Shown piece after piece: positions 11,416 through 22,148 of a stretch of DNA of 64,000 bases. Origin of the DNA: an uncultured Verrucomicrobiae bacterium (lineage in GTDB: Bacteria > Verrucomicrobiota > Verrucomicrobiia > Chthoniobacterales > UBA10450); contig CAVWFP010000002.1 in the NCBI GenBank assembly GCA_963754325.1, positions 970,521 to 1,034,520 of the forward strand, given 5' to 3'. The position numbers and the translations under genes were made by a program. Position 1 is the stretch's first letter. Every line of letters begins with the position of its first letter. The notes under the pieces are model-generated. The model made no database searches and was not told the origin of the DNA. It was given only the letters and a program-made list of their open reading frames with translations.

Positions 11416-13809
11416 ACGTCTCTGCTGCTGGCTGGCGAGCAGCGGAGGCAATTCGACCAAGGCCGGAGATTTCGTGCTCTCAGCATACTTTTCTGCAAGG
11501 GCCTTCAGATCACGCCAGCGCGCGAGATCATGATCTGGCGCAGCGACAATGTGGCGAAGCAGGCTGCGCCACTCCATGAGAGCGCGCTCGATATCGCCAT
11601 GGCGCAAGACTTCGTTAGTCAATTTGTAGCGACTGGCGGGACTGGTGACAAGCTCGCGAACCACTTCCGACGCTCCGGATCCGTATTGAACGGGCACGCC
11701 CATCGAAAGGTACCCGGGAAAATCGAGTCGCTTGTAAACGCGCTGGCAAAGGATGCCCAGTTTTCCGCCAAACGGAGCGTCTTCTCCGGCAAACCGCGGG
11801 CCGGCACGGATATTCGCCAGATCGAACACGAGCGCCTCGAGATCGTAGGTTTCATCTTCCAGGGCGACGGCGATCGCGAGGCCTTCGCCGCCGTGAAAGA
11901 AAGAGAAAATAATGCCGCGTTGTGTCGGAGTTCCGTCCGCTTCGATCAATCCGAGCTGACGCCACGCGTATGCAGGAGAGCCACTGATCGCTACGGTTCG
12001 ATCGTGTTCGAGTTGATCGCAGGTTGCACAAACGGCCGGAATATTTTCTCGCGTTGGCGGCGAGATCAGGGCGTTTCCCGCGGAATCGAGATAGCCGTCG
12101 ATGGGCGCGTTGGAAAAATCGATGCGCAGGGACAGGGTTACGCCGCGCACGATTTCGTCGCAAATGACGCCCGGCCTAACCAGTGAAGACAAGGCCGGAA
12201 GCACTTCCTTCTCGAAGAGAACGCGATTGACGAATTTATGACCGGCAGTCTTGCGCAGCGATTTCGCGATCACGAGATCCCCGTTCTCCGCTAGCGTGGC
12301 CACTGTCATTTCGCGGCCGTAGACATTGAGATCGGCCAGGCGGCAAAGGTTCCCCTGCCCCAATCCATCGAGCATTCGGGGAACAAGAAGTGCGCGCCGC
12401 CACTGATCCTGCTCGCGGATCCATGCTTCTCCCAGGGTCGAGCTGGTAACAGAGGGCTGCGGCTCCCACTTGCCGTGGGAATTCAAAATCTCGACCACTC
12501 CGCGGCGGACAAACCTGGCGCGCTCGTCTGTCGCCCAGAGTCCGCAGGGCCGAGCGCCTGTTTCCAGCGAATGTTCGACCCCTAACGACACGCGATTCGA
12601 GCTGAAGAGAGATTTGACGACTTCAACCGCCGCGGCGAGTGGAAACTCTCCCCGTTTCGCGGCTGCGTTCATCACGCTGATCAGGCTCGGCCAGTCGACT
12701 GGCGCAGCGCGCTTCAAACGAAGCGGCCGCGCGTCACCGAGGCGTGGGAACTCTGACGAATAGAGAACGTACCCGGCATCGTCCAAGCCACGGCGCCCGG
12801 CGCGTCCGAACATTTGCAGAAGCTCATCCGCCTCGACCTGACGCTCGAAATTGTTCGCGTAATATCTGCGGTCGGTCACGAGCACTGAGCGCATCGAGAA
12901 ATTGATTCCTGCAGCCAGGCCCGTCGTGGCAACGACCACGTTCAGTTGTCCGGATTTTGCGAGCGGCTCGATCAGGCCCGCACGCGCGGCATAACTCAAC
13001 CCGCTGTGATGATAGGCCACGCGGTTTCGCAGCAGCTTTGCTAATTGCTTCCCGGCGAGCGCCTCCTGCGCCGGCGTCAGCGAAAGCGGATCGCGAATCG
13101 GGACACCGGACGCAATCGAGCGCGCAATCTCTTCGGCAGCTGCGCGCCGCGGGGCAAAGAGAAGCAGCGGGGTCATCTCCGCGCGAGCCACCCGCCCAAC
13201 GACACGCGCCCAGTAGTTACGGCTTTGCACGAACTGAGAGTCCGACATGCTCTGAAGATCGCGTTCCTCGAGCGGCACCGGCCGTTCCTTGTGTTCGATC
13301 AGAATAGCTTTGCGCCCGATCCGTTCGAGCCAGGCAACGACGTCCCGCGAATTGGCCACGCTGCCGCTGAGCAGAAGCAATTGTGTGTGCCGCGGCGCGA
13401 GCGCAATCGCGAGCTCGTAATGGACGCCACGCATCGGATCGCCCAGCATTTGAAATTCATCGATCACCAGCAGGCACGGACCTTCGCCTCTAAGAAACCG
13501 GCCGCGTTGGGTCTCAAGGGTGGCAACGACGACGCGAGCGCCGAGGTTAACGGCGATGTCGCCGGTGGAGATGCCAACGTCCCATCCGCGGCTGCGCCAT
13601 TCGGCCAGTTTGTCGTTTGCGAGCGCCCGAGTTGGAACGGTGAAGACCGCCTGCTGCTTCAGGTTCGGATAGAGAAGCTCAAATATATATGTCTTGCCGG
13701 AGCCGGTGGGCGCCTGGACGACGACGTCGTTTCCATCTTGTAAGGCACGCAGAGCTTCCTGCTGCCACAAATCGGGAATGGTTAAGTTGACCCTCAGACC
13801 CTCAAGCAC
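11407..13809 (-). CDS. DEAD/DEAH-box superfamily-2 helicase (Ski2/HelY-like) with a long C-terminal extension
   Basis: 800 aa. Motif I APTGSGKTY, motif II DEFQ, SGS, and motif VI-like GRAGRRG. GTG start. Confidence 0.8.
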   Translation of the reverse strand: MLEGLRVNLTIPDLWQQEALRALQDGNDVVVQAPTGSGKTYIFELLYPNLKQQAVFTVPTRALANDKLAEWRSRGWDVGISTGDIAVNLGARVVVATLETQRGRFLRGEGPCLLVIDEFQMLGDPMRGVHYELAIALAPRHTQLLLLSGSVANSRDVVAWLERIGRKAILIEHKERPVPLEERDLQSMSDSQFVQSRNYWARVVGRVARAEMTPLLLFAPRRAAAEEIARSIASGVPIRDPLSLTPAQEALAGKQLAKLLRNRVAYHHSGLSYAARAGLIEPLAKSGQLNVVVATTGLAAGINFSMRSVLVTDRRYYANNFERQVEADELLQMFGRAGRRGLDDAGYVLYSSEFPRLGDARPLRLKRAAPVDWPSLISVMNAAAKRGEFPLAAAVEVVKSLFSSNRVSLGVEHSLETGARPCGLWATDERARFVRRGVVEILNSHGKWEPQPSVTSSTLGEAWIREQDQWRRALLVPRMLDGLGQGNLCRLADLNVYGREMTVATLAENGDLVIAKSLRKTAGHKFVNRVLFEKEVLPALSSLVRPGVICDEIVRGVTLSLRIDFSNAPIDGYLDSAGNALISPPTRENIPAVCATCDQLEHDRTVAISGSPAYAWRQLGLIEADGTPTQRGIIFSFFHGGEGLAIAVALEDETYDLEALVFDLANIRAGPRFAGEDAPFGGKLGILCQRVYKRLDFPGYLSMGVPVQYGSGASEVVRELVTSPASRYKLTNEVLRHGDIERALMEWRSLLRHIVAAPDHDLARWRDLKALAEKYAESTKSPALVELPPLLASQQQRRLI

Positions 13810-13957
13810 GGGGCAACATCCCGGCGCCGCGGTGAAGGATCAAGAATTGAAAGTCGGGGAGTTGGCGCCAGGAGGGCGTCCCTCCAATCGACGCCATGTG
13901 CGAGAGACCATGATGCGGTGTCTAGGGGTGAGCTTCTGCCAATCCCTTTTCCTCCGA

Positions 13958-14932
13958 TCAACTACGGGCGCTCGCGCGTCGTAGACGGTCCATGATGGCT
14001 TCGCCGATGCCGGTTTCGGGGACGGACTCCGCGACGATGAACTCGAGCCTGGCGGTATCGAGCTCGCGAAGGAGTGAGAAAAGACGGGAGGCGGCCTCGA
14101 TCAGGTCTTGATTGGGACTGAGCCACCGCACTTCGGCGAAGCGCTGGGAGTCGGACGCGTCCCACGCGAGGAGGCCCACCTTGTCGCTGGCCCCGGTAAA
14201 TTCGGATGCCTTTCCCACCAGAAGCAAAGGCGTAGAAGGCGCGTAATGACTCGGGGTTTGTCCAGGGGATATGATTCGTCCGACGTGTTCAACATTGATC
14301 ACCTCAGCTATTTCCGATAGTTCTTCTGTAGTTACAGGACCTTTTCGAAGCACCTCAATCCTACCGCCCGTAACTCGGATAACAGTCGATTCAACGCCTT
14401 TGCTTGCTGGCCCGCCGTTCACGACAAGACGAATTCGGCCTTCCAACTCCTCCAGGACATGCTGCGCGGTCGTCGGACTGATTCGCCCAAACCGATTGGC
14501 GCTTGGTGCGGCCAAGGGATTCCCCACCCCTTTAACAATAAGATCGAAAACCGGGTGCGCACTCATTCGGACGGCGACGGTCGGAAGGCCGGCTGCCACG
14601 AGGTCAGGAACAATCGGCTGTCGCGGGAGGACCATCGTTAAGGGACCGGGCCAAAAGCGCGCGACCAGACGATCGACAAGCGGCCGCTCTCCCGTGGGGA
14701 TGGCTGCGACCTTGTCCAGCCAACCTTTGTCGGGCAAATGAACAATGAGCGGATTAAAACTCGGGCGCTCCTTTGCCGCGAAGATCTTCGCCACGGCCTC
14801 CGGATTCAGCGCGTCGGCCGCAAGCCCGTAAACCGTTTCGGTCGGGAGCGCCACCATTTCACCGCTTCGCAACAGTTCGACCGCGCGATCAATGGCGGAT
14901 TTGTCGGCCGCGTTTACGAGTTCGGTTTGCAA
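13958..14932 (-). CDS. tsaC: L-threonylcarbamoyladenylate synthase (Sua5/YwlC long form)
   Basis: 324 aa. YrdC-domain sequence (PTETVYGLAADA, SANRFG) followed by a Sua5-type C-terminal domain. Confidence 0.8.
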   Translation of the reverse strand: MQTELVNAADKSAIDRAVELLRSGEMVALPTETVYGLAADALNPEAVAKIFAAKERPSFNPLIVHLPDKGWLDKVAAIPTGERPLVDRLVARFWPGPLTMVLPRQPIVPDLVAAGLPTVAVRMSAHPVFDLIVKGVGNPLAAPSANRFGRISPTTAQHVLEELEGRIRLVVNGGPASKGVESTVIRVTGGRIEVLRKGPVTTEELSEIAEVINVEHVGRIISPGQTPSHYAPSTPLLLVGKASEFTGASDKVGLLAWDASDSQRFAEVRWLSPNQDLIEAASRLFSLLRELDTARLEFIVAESVPETGIGEAIMDRLRRASARS

Positions 14933-16056
14933 AGATTGTCTCGCGCGACCCGGACGGCGGCGGCCGCTTCCCTGGCCGTGGCAGCCAGCGCTGTCAGGTG
15001 TCCCATTTTGCGACGCGGCCGTGGTTCCGTTTTTCCGTAGAGATGAAGGTGGACCGCCGGCACCGCGAGCGCCGCCGCCCAGTTCGGTTCACCCTCCTGC
15101 CAGACGTCGCCTAACAAATTTGCCATCGCGGCGGGGCGCAATAAATCGACCGACCCAAGTTTCAGACCGCAGACTGCTCGCACGTGCTGCTCGAACTGGC
15201 TGGTCACGCAACCTTCGATCGACCAATGCCCGGAGTTGTGCGGACGCGGCGCGAGCTCGTTAACGAGCACTTCGCCGGACTGATTGACAAACATCTCCAC
15301 GGCAAGCAGCCCGATCACATCGAGTTTTTCGGCGATGGCGGTTGCGATATCGATGGCTTGTGTTGCGACTGATTCCGAAACACCCGCCGGGACCACGGTC
15401 ACGTCGAGGATGTGATTCCGATGAACATTCTCCGCGATCGGAAAGGTGATGACGTTGCCGCCGGGATCGCGAGCGACAATGACGCTGATTTCCTTTTCGA
15501 AATCGATCGCTCGTTCCAGAACGAGCTCATCGCCCGCGCGAGTCGACCAGACATCGTCCAGCTCGCGCGACGCGATTGTTTGCTGGCCTTTGCCATCGTA
15601 ACCGAAGGCCGCCGTTTTGAGGATGGCGGCGCGACCGATCAATTCCACGGCCGATTCCAGTTCAGCACGGTCTTTGACCGCGTGGAACTGCGGGACAGGA
15701 AAGCCGTTTTCGGCCAGGAAGTTTTTCTCACGCAACCGGTGCTGCGCGATTGCGAGGACGTTCCCGTTAGGCCGCACTTCGCGATGAAAGGCACACCAGC
15801 TGACGGTTTCGGCCGGGATGTTTTCGAATTCAAACGTGATGAGATCGACTTCGCGGGCGAATCGGCGAACGGCATTTTCATCGAGGTAATCGGCCTCGGT
15901 GGCGGCATCGGCGAATTGCGCCGCCGGCCCGTTTCGCTCGGGCGTGTAAACGTGAACCCGGTAGCCCATGCGGCGCGCCGCCATGGCAAACATCCGGCCG
16001 AGCTGCCCGCCGCCCATGACTCCAATCGTGGAACCCGGCAGGTAAACGCGACTCAT
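14914..16056 (-). CDS. purK: N5-carboxyaminoimidazole ribonucleotide synthase
   Basis: 380 aa. ATP-grasp fold, [12 protein letters not shown]-terminus, immediately downstream of purE. Confidence 0.9.
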   Translation of the reverse strand: MSRVYLPGSTIGVMGGGQLGRMFAMAARRMGYRVHVYTPERNGPAAQFADAATEADYLDENAVRRFAREVDLITFEFENIPAETVSWCAFHREVRPNGNVLAIAQHRLREKNFLAENGFPVPQFHAVKDRAELESAVELIGRAAILKTAAFGYDGKGQQTIASRELDDVWSTRAGDELVLERAIDFEKEISVIVARDPGGNVITFPIAENVHRNHILDVTVVPAGVSESVATQAIDIATAIAEKLDVIGLLAVEMFVNQSGEVLVNELAPRPHNSGHWSIEGCVTSQFEQHVRAVCGLKLGSVDLLRPAAMANLLGDVWQEGEPNWAAALAVPAVHLHLYGKTEPRPRRKMGHLTALAATAREAAAAVRVARDNLCKPNS

Positions 16057-16550
16057 GACAACCGCTGCTTGAGAACGGAACGCGTCTGCTTCTTGCGGAA
16101 GTTTTCCACGCGCCGCCGCACTTTCGGATCGCGCAGCCCAACGATGCTCGCGGCAAGCAAGGCGGCGTTTTTCGCGCCAGCGTCGCCAATCGCAAGGGTC
16201 CCGACCGGCACGCCGGCCGGCATTTGGGCGATCGAAAGCAAAGAATCGATTCCCTTGAGCGACTTCGAAAGAATCGGCACACCGAGAACCGGCAGCCAGG
16301 TGTGTGAAGCGATCATTCCAGGGAGATGCGCGGCCCCGCCGGCACAGGCAATGATCACTTCGATTCCCCGCCCAGCGGCTTCGCGGCCAAACTTCGCCAG
16401 TAAATCAGGCGTGCGATGCGCAGACACGATCCGGTATTCACACGGAATTCGGAATTCCTTGAGAGTATCGACGGCGAGGCGCGCAGTTTTCCAGTCTGAG
16501 GAGCTCCCCATGACGACGGCAACAATCGGACGCGGTTTGGAACGAGGCAT
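16053..16550 (-). CDS. purE: N5-carboxyaminoimidazole ribonucleotide mutase
   Basis: 165 aa. [18 protein letters not shown] and [13 protein letters not shown] overlap with the purK start. Confidence 0.95.
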   Translation of the reverse strand: MPRSKPRPIVAVVMGSSSDWKTARLAVDTLKEFRIPCEYRIVSAHRTPDLLAKFGREAAGRGIEVIIACAGGAAHLPGMIASHTWLPVLGVPILSKSLKGIDSLLSIAQMPAGVPVGTLAIGDAGAKNAALLAASIVGLRDPKVRRRVENFRKKQTRSVLKQRLS

Positions 16551-16635
16551 CGGTCCCGAAAGGGTGAATCATTCGGGAGCGGGCGCAAGCGAGAAGCGAT
16601 CCCTTTTTCGCAAATCCGATGTACAATCCGGACGA

Positions 16636-17178
16636 ATGGACCCGTTAACTCGATCGATCGTCCTCATCGGAATGATGGGCGCGGGCAAGTCCACGGTGGG
16701 CGCAGTCCTACAACGCCGGACCGGAATCGCGTGTGTGGATCTTGATGATGTGATGGAAGAGAAGGCCGGTGCAAGCATCGCCGAAATTTTCAGCCGGCAG
16801 GGCGAGGACGGGTTTCGGGATCTTGAGGCCAAGGTTTTAGCGGATGTACCGACAACTCTGCGTGCGATCATCGTGACCGGCGGCGGCCTCGTCCAGCGGC
16901 CGGAAAACCAAGCCAAATTGCGGCAGCTGGGCACGATCGTCTGGCTGGACGCCGATCCCGAAATTTTGTTTGCCCGGGCAACCGAGAATCGACTAAGGCC
17001 CCTGCTTGCGTCGGCCGAGGATGCGAAGAAGACCTTCGCGGAATTACTTCTGAAGCGTCGCCCGATCTACCAGCAGTTAGCCGATCTCCGAATCGACACC
17101 AGCGGCCTGACGCAGGTAGAAGCGGCCGACAAGGTACTGCGGGAAGTCGCTGTGTTTGCCGAAAGAGATCGGCCGTGA
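16636..17178 (+). CDS. aroK: shikimate kinase
   Basis: This is the last 180 codons of track ORF 15412..17178. It starts at ATG 16636 (MDPLTRSIVLIGMMGAGKSTVG). The rest of that ORF is antisense to purK/purE. Confidence 0.85.
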   Translation: MDPLTRSIVLIGMMGAGKSTVGAVLQRRTGIACVDLDDVMEEKAGASIAEIFSRQGEDGFRDLEAKVLADVPTTLRAIIVTGGGLVQRPENQAKLRQLGTIVWLDADPEILFARATENRLRPLLASAEDAKKTFAELLLKRRPIYQQLADLRIDTSGLTQVEAADKVLREVAVFAERDRP

Positions 17179-18269
17179 ACGCGACGATGCCTGACTTGAA
17201 AGAAGAACTGATCAAGTTCGCGACCGAAGCCGGCTTTGACCGTTGTCGCATCGCCCGATGCGATTATCCGGACCACGGCCACGAATTCCAGGAATGGCTT
17301 AAAGCGGGCGCCGCCGGCGAAATGACTTACATGGTACGAGGCGCGGAGAAGCGGGTTGATCCCCAGAAAATTCTGCCGGGAGCGCGCTCGGTGATTTCGT
17401 TAGCCTTGAACTACTGGCAAGGCGAACCCGAGGCGCGGTCGCTAGAGCATGCCACCGGCAGAATCGCGCGCTACGCCTGGGGCGATGATTATCATGAGCT
17501 CATCGAGGAGAAGCTGGCGCAGATCGAGCAGTTCCTGGAAGCGCGCGGGGGCACCCAGAAATGTTACGTCGATACCGGACCAGTGCTCGAACGGGATTTT
17601 GCGGCGCGAGCGGGTCTCGGGTGGCACGGCAAGAGTACCATGCTGATTGATCGCGAGCTTGGCACCTGGTTTTTCATCGCGGAAATCCTAACGACTTTAG
17701 AACTCGCTCCCGATTCTCCTCAACCGGACCGATGCGGCACCTGCGAACGATGCATGACGGCCTGCCCGACAGGGGCCATCACTTCGCCCCATCGTCTGGA
17801 CGCCCGCCGCTGCATTTCGTATCTGACGATCGAGCTCAAATCGAGCATCCCGCTCGAGTTTAGAAGCTTGATTGGCGACCGGATTTTCGGCTGCGACGAT
17901 TGCCTGAGCGCGTGTCCGTGGAACCGATTTGCACAAAAGTCGCAGGAGACGGCATTCGCGGCCCGGCCGGCGACCGCTGGGATGGCCCTGCGGGATTATC
18001 TGACGCTGTCAGACGAGCAATTCCGCGGTCTTTTTAAGAGGTCGCCGATCAAGCGAATCAAGCGTCGAGGTTTTCTGCGGAACGTGTGCGTCGCCCTCGG
18101 GAACGTAGGCGGCCAAGGGGACTTGCCAGCCTTGGAGAGTGCCGCCGCCGACCCGGACGAGTTGATTTCGGAACATGCCCGGTGGGCCATCGATCAGATT
18201 CGGACCCGCCTATCAGGCGGTGCGACCGATTTTCCGAATCTAATCTCTCCTCGAACCGCTTCTAATTGA
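17175..18269 (+). CDS. queG: epoxyqueuosine reductase
   Basis: 364 aa. Two ferredoxin-type clusters (CGTCERCMTACPTGAI and CDDCLSACPWN) and a QueG-like N-terminus. GTGA overlap with the aroK stop. Confidence 0.85.
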   Translation: MNATMPDLKEELIKFATEAGFDRCRIARCDYPDHGHEFQEWLKAGAAGEMTYMVRGAEKRVDPQKILPGARSVISLALNYWQGEPEARSLEHATGRIARYAWGDDYHELIEEKLAQIEQFLEARGGTQKCYVDTGPVLERDFAARAGLGWHGKSTMLIDRELGTWFFIAEILTTLELAPDSPQPDRCGTCERCMTACPTGAITSPHRLDARRCISYLTIELKSSIPLEFRSLIGDRIFGCDDCLSACPWNRFAQKSQETAFAARPATAGMALRDYLTLSDEQFRGLFKRSPIKRIKRRGFLRNVCVALGNVGGQGDLPALESAAADPDELISEHARWAIDQIRTRLSGGATDFPNLISPRTASN

Positions 18270-18293
18270 AGAAAGGATTCCGCCCGAATTCCG

Positions 18294-19712
18294 TTGCAAA
18301 CGTCCGACGAAATATTAATGGTTTCGCCTCCCGCCGGCCCCCCGGCGCCTCCCATGCATCAACCTGCCACTTCCACCGGTGTCGCACCTGCTTCCCAGAA
18401 GAAGCGCCGGCCGCGTCGTCGCCGCATCATTATTTTTAGTGTCGTTGGGCTTCTGCTGCTCTGGATTGTCGTATCGGTCATTCTCGGAAAACGCGAAAAG
18501 CCTGTGCCGGTGACGACGGATAAGGCCGCACGTCGGACGATTTTGCAGACTGTGTCGGCGACCGGGAAGATTCAGCCTGAGATAGAAGTGAAAATTTCGC
18601 CCGAAGTCGCCGGGGAAATCATCGAGCTACCTGTCGACGACGGGAAGAACGTAAAGAAGGGCGACCTCCTTTTTCGAATCAAACCGGATCCCTACAGAGC
18701 GGTCCTCGAGCAACAGGAGGCGGCCATTAGTTCGGCCAAGGCGAACAATCTTCAGCAGAAGGCCACAATGCTGAAGACAACCCTCGATTTGAAACGCGCC
18801 GAGGACATGTACAACAAGAAAACGATCTCGATTCAGGAATATAATGCGGCCCAGGCGGCTGCCGATGTTGCCAAAAATACTTTCGAAAGCTCGTTGCACG
18901 AAATCGAGCGGGCGCAGGCCGCTTCGAGCCAGGCCCGCGATCAGTTTGAGAAGACAACGATTTATTCTCCCCTCGACGGCACCGTGACTCTGTTGAACAG
19001 CAAGCTCGGCGAGCGACTGGTCGCCACTGGGCAATTCGCGGGCACCGAAGTCATGCGCGTAGCTGACCTGCATCACATGGAGGCACGTGTTGACGTGAAC
19101 GAGAACGACGTAGTGAACGTAAAGATCGGCGATAAGACAAACGTGAAAATTGACGCCTACGGCGATCGCAAATTCAACGGCACGGTCTACCAGATCGCGA
19201 ATACCGGGACGACCACCGGCTCTGGCACTCAGGAAGAGGTCACGAATTTCCAAGTGAAGGTACGAATCGATGACCATGACGTTGTCTTAAAGCCAGGATT
19301 GAGCTGCACCGCGGAAATCCAGACAAGCATGGTGAAAGATGCGGTCGCCGTGCCCATGCAGAGCGTGACCATTCGGACCGACAGCGCTCTAAGCCCGGAG
19401 GAGATTGAAAAGAACAAGGCCAAGCAGGCAGCGAAGGAAAAGAGCGATAGCAACGCCGAGGTCACTAACGAGCGCCTGGAAAAGGTGACCCAAAAGGAAC
19501 AGCGCGAAAAAATCAAGAAGGGTGTCTTCAAGAAGGTTGGCAACAAGAGTGTCTGGACGCCTGTGACGACCGGGATTGCGGACGATACCTACATGGAGAT
19601 CAAGAGCGGCATCAATCCGGGTGACGAAGTGATTTCCGGGAGCTACAGCGCGATCAGCCGCAAGCTGAAGGACGGCGCCAAGGTCGTTATCGACAAGGAA
19701 GCAGGCAAATAG
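18294..19712 (+). CDS. efflux transporter periplasmic adaptor (HlyD/MacA family)
   Basis: 472 aa. N-terminal membrane anchor, coiled-coil hairpin region and beta-barrel domains typical of membrane fusion proteins. It precedes the ABC ATPase and permeases. Confidence 0.8.
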   Translation: MQTSDEILMVSPPAGPPAPPMHQPATSTGVAPASQKKRRPRRRRIIIFSVVGLLLLWIVVSVILGKREKPVPVTTDKAARRTILQTVSATGKIQPEIEVKISPEVAGEIIELPVDDGKNVKKGDLLFRIKPDPYRAVLEQQEAAISSAKANNLQQKATMLKTTLDLKRAEDMYNKKTISIQEYNAAQAAADVAKNTFESSLHEIERAQAASSQARDQFEKTTIYSPLDGTVTLLNSKLGERLVATGQFAGTEVMRVADLHHMEARVDVNENDVVNVKIGDKTNVKIDAYGDRKFNGTVYQIANTGTTTGSGTQEEVTNFQVKVRIDDHDVVLKPGLSCTAEIQTSMVKDAVAVPMQSVTIRTDSALSPEEIEKNKAKQAAKEKSDSNAEVTNERLEKVTQKEQREKIKKGVFKKVGNKSVWTPVTTGIADDTYMEIKSGINPGDEVISGSYSAISRKLKDGAKVVIDKEAGK

Positions 19713-19793
19713 CGGAGGCTCCGCCATGCTGCGTACGGTGGCTACGGAAGCATTGAAAGGAGAGCGGCGATCTTCGCCCGTTTTCAGAATAGC

Positions 19794-20537
<744 letters not shown>

Positions 20538-20547
20538 CTCTTCGACG

Positions 20548-21798
20548 ATGAAACGCTTCCTCTACGAGCTGACGGAGAGTTGGAAGATCGCCGCATCGCA
20601 GATGCTCTCCAACAAGACGCGGTCCATCCTGACGGCCCTTGGAGTGATCATTGGCATCGTCGCGGTCACTCTCATGGGAACCGCCATTAGCGGCATCCAG
20701 ATCGGGTTCGACAAAAGCATGGCCGTTTTTGGCGACGACGTTCTTTACGTCGAACAATGGCCCTGGCGAAAAGTCGATGATTGGTGGAACTATCGCGACC
20801 GCAAAAAAATCAAAACCGAATATTCCGAGCCGATCAATCGGATGATCGCGGCGACACCGAATACGAATCTGGTGGTGGCGGTGCCTAGCTCGGCTTTTTT
20901 CCGGTCGATCAAATACGGAGACAACGAGGTCGACAACATTCTCGTTCGCGGAACGCTTTCCGATTACATCATCACGTCGACTTTCGATTTCCAGGAGGGC
21001 CGTTTTTTCAACGAACTCGAGTCGCGCGCCGGGGATAATGTCTGTGTGATCGGTTACGACGTCGCCGAAGCTTTGTTCCCTTCGGGAAGTCCCCTCGGGA
21101 AATCGGTCCAAATCCAGGGACAACAATTTCGGGTGATCGGAGTGATATCACGCCAGGGGACCTTCCTCGGCTTGTTCAGTCTCGACGCGATTGTGGTTAT
21201 GCCGTTGCCGGCTTTTCAGAAATATTTCAGCGCCAAGAGCGACTCCGATATCCTGGTCAAGGTCAAAGACAAAACCAGGATCAACGACGCCAAGGACGAA
21301 CTCACCGGCCTGATGCGGCGCGTTCGCGGTCTGCCTCCGGAGAAGCCGGACGACTTCAGCATCAATGAGCAACAGGCGTTGAAGAGCACTCTCGATCCAA
21401 TCAAGAATTCCATCGCAGTCGCGGGATTGTTCATCACCGGCCTTTCCCTCTTCGTGGGCGCGATCGGGATCATGAACATCACCTTCGTCAGCGTGAAAGA
21501 GCGCACGAAAGAAATCGGGACCCGCAAAGCTCTGGGCGCGCGGCGTCGTACCATCCTGCTTCAGTTTCTCATCGAATCGACTGCGCTGTGCCTGCTCGGC
21601 GGAATCATTGGCTTAACTTTCGCCTACCTGATGTGCTTCGGAATCGGAGCGGCTCTTCCTTCTTTTCCGATCAGGTTTTCCGCCGGCCTTGTTATCATCA
21701 GCATGATTGTCTCGATCATGACCGGACTTGTTTCCGGGTTCGCACCGGCCTGGAGCGCATCACGCCTCGATCCGGTGACGGCGCTTCGTTATGAGTGA
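20548..21798 (+). CDS. ABC transporter permease (MacB/FtsX family), copy 1
   Basis: 416 aa. N-terminal TM helix, large periplasmic domain, and a C-terminal FtsX domain (KERTKEIGTRKALGA). Confidence 0.85.
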   Translation: MKRFLYELTESWKIAASQMLSNKTRSILTALGVIIGIVAVTLMGTAISGIQIGFDKSMAVFGDDVLYVEQWPWRKVDDWWNYRDRKKIKTEYSEPINRMIAATPNTNLVVAVPSSAFFRSIKYGDNEVDNILVRGTLSDYIITSTFDFQEGRFFNELESRAGDNVCVIGYDVAEALFPSGSPLGKSVQIQGQQFRVIGVISRQGTFLGLFSLDAIVVMPLPAFQKYFSAKSDSDILVKVKDKTRINDAKDELTGLMRRVRGLPPEKPDDFSINEQQALKSTLDPIKNSIAVAGLFITGLSLFVGAIGIMNITFVSVKERTKEIGTRKALGARRRTILLQFLIESTALCLLGGIIGLTFAYLMCFGIGAALPSFPIRFSAGLVIISMIVSIMTGLVSGFAPAWSASRLDPVTALRYE

Positions 21799-21805
21799 GA
21801 CTGAG

Positions 21806-22135
21806 TTCACCGCAGAGAACGCCGAGGGCGCAGAGGAGAGAAACATAAACGGACTTACATCGTTGCCAATCCCTCTCCGAGTACAAGGACGTCGTCTTGG
21901 ACCGTGGATATCGCGCTGATGTGGTCGCCGCGGGGAAAATCTTAGTCGAAGTCAAATCGGTTGAGGCATTGCTCCCGATTCATGAAGCTCAGCTTCTCAG
22001 TTATCACAAGCTGGGTGGGTGGCAGGTCGGCTTGATTATCAATTTCAACGTAACTCGATTGAAACGAGGAATCCGGCGGCGAGTTTTGAATCTGAAAGAA
22101 GAAAACTCGGCGGACTCCGCAATCTCTGCGGTAAA
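21806..22135. repeat. imperfect inverted repeats flanking the GxxExxY gene fragment
   Basis: Left arm TTCACCGCAGAGAACGCCGAG (21806-21826). Right arm CTCGGCGGACTCCGCAATCTCTGCGGTAAA (22106-22135). The core ACCGCAGAGA / TCTCTGCGGT is perfectly complementary. Confidence 0.55.
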
Positions 22136-22148
22136 TCTGTTGTCATGA
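21847..22148 (+). pseudogene. 5'-truncated GxxExxY-family (PD-(D/E)XK-like) gene remnant
   Basis: Open frame after the TAA at 21844-21846. Sequence is ...SEYKDVVLDRGYRADVVAAGKILVEVKSVEALLPIHEAQLLSYHKLGGWQVGLIINFN..., which is only the C-terminal two thirds of the family. The segment holding the name-giving GxxExxY motif is absent. The first possible start is TTG at 21897. Confidence 0.6.

Noticed and set aside
15412-16635. The N-terminal 408 codons of the 588-aa plus-strand ORF 15412..17178.
   Set aside because: It runs antisense to purK and purE, which have unmistakable motifs, and its translation is Arg/Ala/Gly-rich with no recognisable domain. Only the last 180 codons (aroK, from ATG 16636) are protein-like.
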